IMG/VR virus record: IMGVR_UViG_3300002231_001563
Coordinates: 32,001-96,000 of that record
Length of the DNA: 64,000 nt
Source of the DNA: a virus
Direction: 5' to 3' (one strand)
Made by a program: the position numbers and the translations under genes. Position 1 is the first letter of the stretch. Each line of letters starts with the position of its first letter. The notes beneath the pieces were generated by a model, which was not told the DNA's origin, searched no databases, and saw only the letters and a list, made by a program, of their open reading frames with translations. Shown piece by piece: positions 57,551 through 64,000 of the stretch.

Positions 57551-59491
57551 ATGACAGATTCAAAAACAAATAAATTTATGAACATTGCGGAAAAGCACAA
57601 GAAGGCAACCAAGAGAAAGAAATTCTCAGGCACCTTCGCAGATTATCTCAACTTGATTGAGGAAGATCGGAGTATTGTGGATCTGGCCCACAAGCGGCTT
57701 TATAAAACCATTTTAGGGGAGGGAGTTACGAAGCTATCCCCCGAAGACCCGCGTTGCGCCAATCTATTTAACAGCGAAACCCTAAAAACTTATGATTATT
57801 TTCAGTCTAAGTTTTTTGGCATGGAGCGCCCCCTGGCTAAGGTGATGCGATATTTGCATTCTGCGGCCCTCAAGGGTGAAGAGAGTCGACAAGTTTTACT
57901 ACTTCTCGGGCCCGTAGGTGCAGGAAAGTCGGCCCTCGTGGAGCACATCAAGCGCGCCTTAGAGGCGTCTGGTCCACTCTACCAACTCAAAGATTGCCCC
58001 ATTCAGGAAGAACCAATTCACCTTATTCCACGCGGACTCCGCGAAGAATTCAAGAATATATATGGTATTCGTGTTGAGGGGGATTTATGCCCGGTATGCC
58101 GCCATCGTCTCTTAGAGGAATATGGAAGCAACTATATGGATTTCCCGGTTGTAGAATCGTCTTTTTCTATTCGCGCTCGACGCGGAGTGGGGGTTGTTCC
58201 ACCTATGGACGCCAATACCCAGGATACAAGCATTCTAATAGGGTCAGAAGACATTTCAAAGCTCGACCTATACCCAGAGGACGACCCCCGCGCGCTAAGC
58301 CTTAACGGGGCGTTTAACGTGGGAAATCGCGGAATTGTAGAGTTCGTCGAGGTATTCAAAAATGAGATCGAATTTTTACACACCATGATTACTGCAACTC
58401 AAGAAAAAGCAGTTCCCAGTCCAGGAAAAGGGGCCATGATTTATTTTGATGGAGTTATTCTGGCTCACTGTAATGAGGCTGAGTGGAATAAGTTTAAGTC
58501 TGAAAACACCAACGAAGCTATTTTGGATCGTATCGTCCGCGTGAATGTTCCTTATTGCCTGGAAGTGGAAGAAGAACAGAAAATTTACAATAAATTACTC
58601 AGTGAGTCGGATTTTGATTCTCACATTGCCCCCCACACTTTGGAGATCGCAGCCATGTTTTCAGTGTTGAGTAGACTAAAGCCCTCAAATAAAGTCGATC
58701 CTATTACTAAGATGAAGATATATAATGGCGATGAGATCGTTGAAAAGGGATATATTAAGAAAATTGATATTAATGATTTGAGAGAGGAAGTCCGCGATGA
58801 GGGGATGACCGGCATTTCGACTCGCTTCATTATGAAGGCTATTGATGCAGCGCTGGCCGATTCAGAGAAAGCTATGGTCACTCCCATCTCCATCCGCGAC
58901 GCCCTCATCAAACAAGTAAAAGAGCAAATTGTTGTTGAAGATTTGAGAGAAAAATATCTCTCCTTTTTACAAAAAGAACTTCACGATGAATACTTGAAAA
59001 TTTTAGAGACGGAAATTACGAAAGCTTTCGTTTCTGCCTATCAAGAGCAGGCAGAATCTCTCTTTGATAACTATTTGGACCATGCCGAGGCTTATGTCAA
59101 TTCGAGCAAGGTAAAAGATACGATTACGGGAGAGGAGATGGTACCCGATGAAGAATTCCTTTGCTCCATTGAAGAGCAGATAGGAATTGTAGGCGCCGCA
59201 AGAGAAAACTTCCGAGCAGACATCACAGCTTATATGTTTGCTAAACTGCGCCGCAAAGAGAAGATTGATTGGACTTCTTACGGGCCACTGAAAGAAGCGA
59301 TAGAGACAAAGCTCTTAATGTCAGTGCGTGATATATCTCGAATTGTAACCAAATCTAAGTCTCGCGACAAAAAACAACAGCAGAAATATAGTGAAATGGT
59401 AAAGACCCTCATTGAGGATTATGGATACAACGAAGATTCAGCCACTGAAATTATTAAATATGCTTCCAATAATCTATGGCGCGACAGCTAA
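57551..59491 (+). CDS. prkA: PrkA/YeaG family AAA+ ATPase (serine protein kinase family)
   Basis: 646 aa; LLLGPVGAGKS (Walker A); CPIQEEP.HL; NRGIVEFVE.FK; AHCNEAEW; EAILDRI...VPY.L; EGMTGISTRF. Confidence 0.95.
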   Translation: MTDSKTNKFMNIAEKHKKATKRKKFSGTFADYLNLIEEDRSIVDLAHKRLYKTILGEGVTKLSPEDPRCANLFNSETLKTYDYFQSKFFGMERPLAKVMRYLHSAALKGEESRQVLLLLGPVGAGKSALVEHIKRALEASGPLYQLKDCPIQEEPIHLIPRGLREEFKNIYGIRVEGDLCPVCRHRLLEEYGSNYMDFPVVESSFSIRARRGVGVVPPMDANTQDTSILIGSEDISKLDLYPEDDPRALSLNGAFNVGNRGIVEFVEVFKNEIEFLHTMITATQEKAVPSPGKGAMIYFDGVILAHCNEAEWNKFKSENTNEAILDRIVRVNVPYCLEVEEEQKIYNKLLSESDFDSHIAPHTLEIAAMFSVLSRLKPSNKVDPITKMKIYNGDEIVEKGYIKKIDINDLREEVRDEGMTGISTRFIMKAIDAALADSEKAMVTPISIRDALIKQVKEQIVVEDLREKYLSFLQKELHDEYLKILETEITKAFVSAYQEQAESLFDNYLDHAEAYVNSSKVKDTITGEEMVPDEEFLCSIEEQIGIVGAARENFRADITAYMFAKLRRKEKIDWTSYGPLKEAIETKLLMSVRDISRIVTKSKSRDKKQQQKYSEMVKTLIEDYGYNEDSATEIIKYASNNLWRDS

Positions 59492-59610
59492 ATAAAAATT
59501 AAAAACTCTTTTTTATAAAATAAGTGTCATAAATACGGTATTTTATCGATACTTTTATCAATAAAATAGGTTTTTTTTGCTTTTGGTGAAAGTGGGGTCT
59601 ATCTACGGGC

Positions 59611-59647
59611 GAACAGGTCTGTCCGCAGACCACGTTCACGTTTTTTT
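59611..59647 (+). terminator. Hairpin plus U-tract, probable terminator after prkA
   Basis: GAAC-A-GGTCTG-TCCG-CAGACC-AC-GTTC followed by ACG and T7. Confidence 0.55.
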
Positions 59648-59740
59648 CAAAAATCGAGGTTTTTGTAAAGGACATATTTTCTTTTTTCAAGGAGGAAATA
59701 ATATGAAAATAAATCACAACAATAAGGGAGGACTAGCATT

Positions 59741-62700
59741 ATGGCTATAATTTCAAAATACCTTTTTGCAGGTACCTTCCAAGATTCTGTGGGTACAGTT
59801 CATGGAACGGCAAACGGAGGCATGGATGCTAGTGCCACCGATGGCGACCGAACCGTAGCTGTATTCGACGGAACCGATGATTACATTGATTTGGGTAGTG
59901 ATTTTCGCTTCAACACTGAAGACTTCACCTTTAGCATGTGGATCAAGCCACAATCCTCTCAGCAAGACTGGGCCAGGATTATGGGTACCTTGTACAATGA
60001 TCCAATTAGAGGCTGGGGTTTCGAACAAGAAGCGGGACAAACTAACAGATATAGGTTCCAATCATTTGATGGAAGCACTTGGACCGAGTCTGACGCGAAC
60101 AATGTACTTGAAATCACTCCTGATGTATGGTCTCACCTAGTTATTACTAGGTCTGGAACAGCCATTAAGGGGTACATAAACGGACAGCATGTGTACACGG
60201 CAGTGACACACGCTACGATGGATAGCACTCACAACTTTCAGTTGGGTACCAACCCCGCAGTCTCTCAGAATAACTGGGGCGACTATTGGGCCGGCTCAAT
60301 TGACGAATTCACAGTTCATGATGTAGCCTTGTCCGATGGGGAAGTGGAAACTTTGTACGACAATGATCCACTCACTCCGGTCACCGTTTCTTTGACCTTT
60401 GAAATGGTCGATTCCTACGGCGACGGCTGGAATGGGTCCACATTCCAGATATACGATGATGCAAATGTTACAGTCCAATCACTGACTCTGGCAGGCGGAG
60501 CGGGCCCCGAAGTGGTCTCGTTCGAACTTCCGGAAGGTGATTACACTTGGGCATTTGTGAGTCAAAATTGGATGAGCGAGGTTACGGCCACACTCACTAA
60601 CACAACAGCGGATCCTGACGAGCAGATACTTTTCAGTTCGGGTGGGAATTTATTGAGCGGAGCTTTTACTCTCTCGTTGCCCTTCCCGTCGATTTCGCCA
60701 ACTCTCGAAACGAGCGCTGGTGATATCACTATCTCTGTCACTCTCAATGATCTTGCTGTCAGTGCAGGCGCAACCGGCTGGGCATATTCATTGACGGATA
60801 TTTTCGTCGATGGCCAAGCCCACGGCGGCACTGCAGTGGCACTAGGAGCAGACGCAACAGTGAGCCCTACTCCGCATGGCGAACATGCTGTATATGTAGC
60901 AGCTATCGACACCAACGGACTTGTAGTGGTCAAGAATCAGGCCAGTATTAATAATACACCCCCCATAGAGGTAACGATTGTAAAGTCTGACTCTTACAAC
61001 GACTCGTGGGATGGCACAGTTCTTGAGATCCGCAATGCCGGCGACAACGCCCTGGCGCATTCTTCCACATTGGCCTCCGGAGCATCTCCCGAAACCATTT
61101 ATGTGGATTTAACTCCAGGTGATTATACTTGGGCTTTGGTGGGAGGAGGATATCCAGAGGAACATTCTGTGGATATCACACGTTCAAGCGACGGCCTTGC
61201 CTTAGCTTCGAGCGCAGCTTCTGTTCCGTCTAATGGTTCATTTACTCTAGCAGCACCCGGCCCATCCATTTCAGTGGATTCGACCACACAGCTGAATGGA
61301 GAAGTGACCATGGCAGTTTCGGCAAATGCTTTAGCAATCGCTGAAGGCGCAACCCACTGGGCTCACCAGGACGCTACGCCATTTGTCTTAGGAGCAACGC
61401 ACAGTGGAGCTACCAGCCTTTTGGCTGCCACTAGCACCGAGACATATGCTTCTGCGGGAGTAGAAACAATTCACGTCGCCGCCTTGGATGGCGCCGGGAC
61501 TGTTCTTGCTATCTCTAGTGTAGATGTGGACATATGGCTTCCCAAGGTGGCCATAGATGATGAATTTATCCTCACTACTTATTTGGACCACCCGTCAATT
61601 CCAGGCACTGGGGCCCATCCTCTTCTCGATGAAGATAATGAGCAATGGGGTCCTTTCTGGATCGGAGAACTTACAGTTAAATCTCTGTCAGTAGATTCTC
61701 AAGATGAGTCTACTATAGAGCAGGCTGTGACCTTTGATGATGGATCAGGCGGAACCCTGGATCTAGATTGGTTGATAAAGCAACTAATTATCAAAAACAA
61801 ATTGCACGAATTGAGCGGACCTCACGCCACTGCCGGCGCTGTGTTCAAATCAATTATAGATGGTACTGCGGCATTTGATGCAGCCGACCTACTCTCATGG
61901 AACGCTGAAGATACTCACACCATTCTCACGCCGGCTTCGCCGAGTGGATGGTCAGCAGACTATGATTTGCAGTTGTTTTCCGATAGTGGAACTACTACTC
62001 TTATCGAATATGCTTCGGGCACCGGTACGGTTAGTGGGCCCAATGGCGCAGGAAATGTAGCATATCTTTTCGCCGCCGACTTCGAAGTGGCCGCAGACCC
62101 GACCGCGCAACACCCTAGAGGTGCTGCAGACGCCCAATACGACCTGTCAAGCGATGGGGCGGATAGTGTGGGGTCGAATGACGGTACTCTATTCGGAGAT
62201 CCACAATTTGGACTAGAAGATGGTCGAGGATTTATTACCCTCGACGGTACAGGGGATTATGTGAGAGTTCCCCACGACGCGTCTAATAATTTTGGAGATC
62301 CAAGCCAGAACTTCACTATAAGTTTCTGGTTTAAAACGGATGCTGATTACAGTATTCTGTCGAAAGGGCGCCCATCTTCAGCAAGCGATTTCTGGGGCTT
62401 CTATATAGACGCGGGCCGAATTGTGTTCCGAGCTTGGGATCAAGGGCCAGACGCGGCATATACCGCAACCAGTGAAACCGATACTTTCACCGATAATTTG
62501 TGGCACCACGTAGTTGTTTCACACGACTCTGGTACGGCATATTTATATGTGGACGGAAATTGTGAAGCTTCTGTGGAATTAACTCAGAATCATTCCAATA
62601 GTGATTATCTCACTATCGGAGCCTATTTCAATTATTCTTGGGGTGACAATTACTTCACCGGGGATATTTCAGACGTCCGTTTGTGGACTTCAGAAAGTTC

Positions 62701-64000
62701 TTGGCTTAATGTCACGACCATGTACCAGGAAGGAGTTCCCTCGTCTCTCGGGGCATCGACTTCTGTTTCTGGCGACGACGTAACTATCTCTGTTTCGCCC
62801 AATCTAAATGCTATCGCAGATGGCATTGTAGCATGGGCTTATTCAGTGGACACTCCTTTGGGTGCAGTAGGGAATCCTCACGGTGGAACTGCGGCGGTAC
62901 TTGGGAATAGTGAAGTAGTGACGGTTGCAGTAGGACAGCATGATATCTATGCTGCGGGAATTGATGCATCTGGAAATGTGGTTTTACCACAATCTCAAGT
63001 GTCTATCGATACAACTCCCATGGTAACCCTGAGGTTTGATTGGTACGCTGATCACTGGAGCGGTTTTAACTCCAGGACTTTCGAGCTATTGGATTCAGGG
63101 GATAATATAGTCCACTCCGTCTCACCTGCTTCCGCAGGCGCAGGCACAGAGAATATTACTATCCCCCAGGATACTTATAAATGGCAGGTTGTAGCTTATC
63201 GTAACGACTATAAGGATATCGAGAACCACGCGCAAGCAACGTTCCAGGTCTGGCAGATTGACATCGATGAGTATGGTTCTGACTTTCTCTTGCTAGAGAA
63301 GGGATCAGATCTGGATGGAAATCCAGGACCCTTCGTCGCACAAGCGAATAACGGAGGTTATGGCAACATAATGCAAGGCCCGCACAACATAGTTCTTCCA
63401 AGGCCGCCTGAACATGAAAACCTCACGGTTCCAGTTTGGGAAGCAGGAAAAACATACCAGTGGGCAAACTGGCAATCAGAACAGAATGTGACGGATTATG
63501 GAGGGTATGTTGATTTCTCACTTAGTGTAGACATCGATGATCTTCCTTTCGCCCCAGGTGGGCTACCATCTGCTGGTGCCATCACACTAGTTGTTGATGG
63601 AATCGATATCAGCGGTGCACCCTTTGCTGACAGGACCCTTATCTACACTTATACAGGTCTAGATAATCCAGGCTCTCTGTACGATGGGGCCACATTGCAG
63701 ACGATTAACGGCAACGCGGCAAGCCCACTTGAGGAGAATTTCTGGAGAATACACCAGTTAAGCAATTATGACTTCGATGGGTCGGATAATGTGACGGATA
63801 ACGTAATTATATCTTTGCAGCCGGGTTTTCCGAATATTGCAACTCCAAATCCAGCAAGGCCAATGCCTGGCTTATTACAGCCTGGAAGTAATCTTGTCAT
63901 TAAGGCACTCCTAATCACCTCTGCTGGGGTAGATTATGACGTCTTGGCAAACATTAAATACTCCAGTTCCTTGACTAGTCAAGCTGTTGATGTAGTCTCT
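59741..64000 (+). CDS. Large modular LamG/adhesin-like protein (3'-truncated, >1420 aa)
   Basis: Translated by hand: ATG 59741 with AGGGAGG RBS, open to the window end. LamG domains (FTFSMWIKP..WSHLVIT..GYING..GSIDEF; FTISFWFKT..WHHVVVS..LYVDG..GDISDVRLW), DSYGDGW-type modules and three WAY..HGG..AA.D..G.V repeats. Confidence 0.9.
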   Translation, partial: MAIISKYLFAGTFQDSVGTVHGTANGGMDASATDGDRTVAVFDGTDDYIDLGSDFRFNTEDFTFSMWIKPQSSQQDWARIMGTLYNDPIRGWGFEQEAGQTNRYRFQSFDGSTWTESDANNVLEITPDVWSHLVITRSGTAIKGYINGQHVYTAVTHATMDSTHNFQLGTNPAVSQNNWGDYWAGSIDEFTVHDVALSDGEVETLYDNDPLTPVTVSLTFEMVDSYGDGWNGSTFQIYDDANVTVQSLTLAGGAGPEVVSFELPEGDYTWAFVSQNWMSEVTATLTNTTADPDEQILFSSGGNLLSGAFTLSLPFPSISPTLETSAGDITISVTLNDLAVSAGATGWAYSLTDIFVDGQAHGGTAVALGADATVSPTPHGEHAVYVAAIDTNGLVVVKNQASINNTPPIEVTIVKSDSYNDSWDGTVLEIRNAGDNALAHSSTLASGASPETIYVDLTPGDYTWALVGGGYPEEHSVDITRSSDGLALASSAASVPSNGSFTLAAPGPSISVDSTTQLNGEVTMAVSANALAIAEGATHWAHQDATPFVLGATHSGATSLLAATSTETYASAGVETIHVAALDGAGTVLAISSVDVDIWLPKVAIDDEFILTTYLDHPSIPGTGAHPLLDEDNEQWGPFWIGELTVKSLSVDSQDESTIEQAVTFDDGSGGTLDLDWLIKQLIIKNKLHELSGPHATAGAVFKSIIDGTAAFDAADLLSWNAEDTHTILTPASPSGWSADYDLQLFSDSGTTTLIEYASGTGTVSGPNGAGNVAYLFAADFEVAADPTAQHPRGAADAQYDLSSDGADSVGSNDGTLFGDPQFGLEDGRGFITLDGTGDYVRVPHDASNNFGDPSQNFTISFWFKTDADYSILSKGRPSSASDFWGFYIDAGRIVFRAWDQGPDAAYTATSETDTFTDNLWHHVVVSHDSGTAYLYVDGNCEASVELTQNHSNSDYLTIGAYFNYSWGDNYFTGDISDVRLWTSESSWLNVTTMYQEGVPSSLGASTSVSGDDVTISVSPNLNAIADGIVAWAYSVDTPLGAVGNPHGGTAAVLGNSEVVTVAVGQHDIYAAGIDASGNVVLPQSQVSIDTTPMVTLRFDWYADHWSGFNSRTFELLDSGDNIVHSVSPASAGAGTENITIPQDTYKWQVVAYRNDYKDIENHAQATFQVWQIDIDEYGSDFLLLEKGSDLDGNPGPFVAQANNGGYGNIMQGPHNIVLPRPPEHENLTVPVWEAGKTYQWANWQSEQNVTDYGGYVDFSLSVDIDDLPFAPGGLPSAGAITLVVDGIDISGAPFADRTLIYTYTGLDNPGSLYDGATLQTINGNAASPLEENFWRIHQLSNYDFDGSDNVTDNVIISLQPGFPNIATPNPARPMPGLLQPGSNLVIKALLITSAGVDYDVLANIKYSSSLTSQAVDVVS

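Noticed and set aside
55034-59491. yeaH-spoVR-prkA as host chromosome flanking a prophage end
   Set aside because: No att site or integrase is visible, yeaH is coupled to the neck gene, and the downstream gene is phage-like and on the same strand. An assembly chimera still needs a read check.
49034-59528. Shared TTTTATAAAA..GTGTC at 49034 and 59511
   Set aside because: Only two copies in very AT-rich gaps; cannot be distinguished from chance.
1-64000. Minus-strand and short alternative-frame ORFs in the track (e.g. 37619..38098, 44669..45148, 49073..49582, 23184..23603)
   Set aside because: All lie antisense to or inside well-supported + strand genes and show no recognisable motifs; they are shadow ORFs.
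1-64000. tRNA, rRNA, CRISPR array, integrase, transposase, reverse transcriptase/DGR
   Set aside because: No T-loop/cloverleaf, repeat-spacer pattern or matching protein motifs seen by eye; intergenic space is minimal. tRNAscan/CRISPR tools were not run.
1-64000. Stop-codon reassignment
   Set aside because: Very long ORFs are intact in code 11, and TAA, TGA and TAG (46833, 36170) all end genes at sensible boundaries.

Overview
This is a 64 kb segment of a large T4-like (gp23-type capsid) contractile-tailed dsDNA phage. All credible genes are on the + strand, tightly packed, and read in the standard genetic code. Order: 5'-truncated gp55-like late sigma factor; baseplate module (hub fused to a muramidase, HxH spike, 2186-aa unknown, gp25, gp6, 3.5-kaa gp7-like/LamG protein, further wedge/fibre proteins); RuvC; primase and a fused SbcD-SbcC (Mre11-Rad50) behind a sigma70 promoter; putative lysis genes; TerL, portal, prohead protease, ribosomal protein bS21, scaffold, major capsid and neck proteins; an intact yeaH-spoVR-prkA (VWA / SpoVR / AAA+) operon directly abutting the last neck gene; and a >1420-aa modular LamG protein that runs off the window end and is absent from the supplied ORF track. 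A recurrent intergenic motif ACTA(T/A/C)TTA is a candidate late promoter. Tail sheath, tube and a recognisable tape measure are not in this window. All family calls come from motif recognition by eye; no searches were run.
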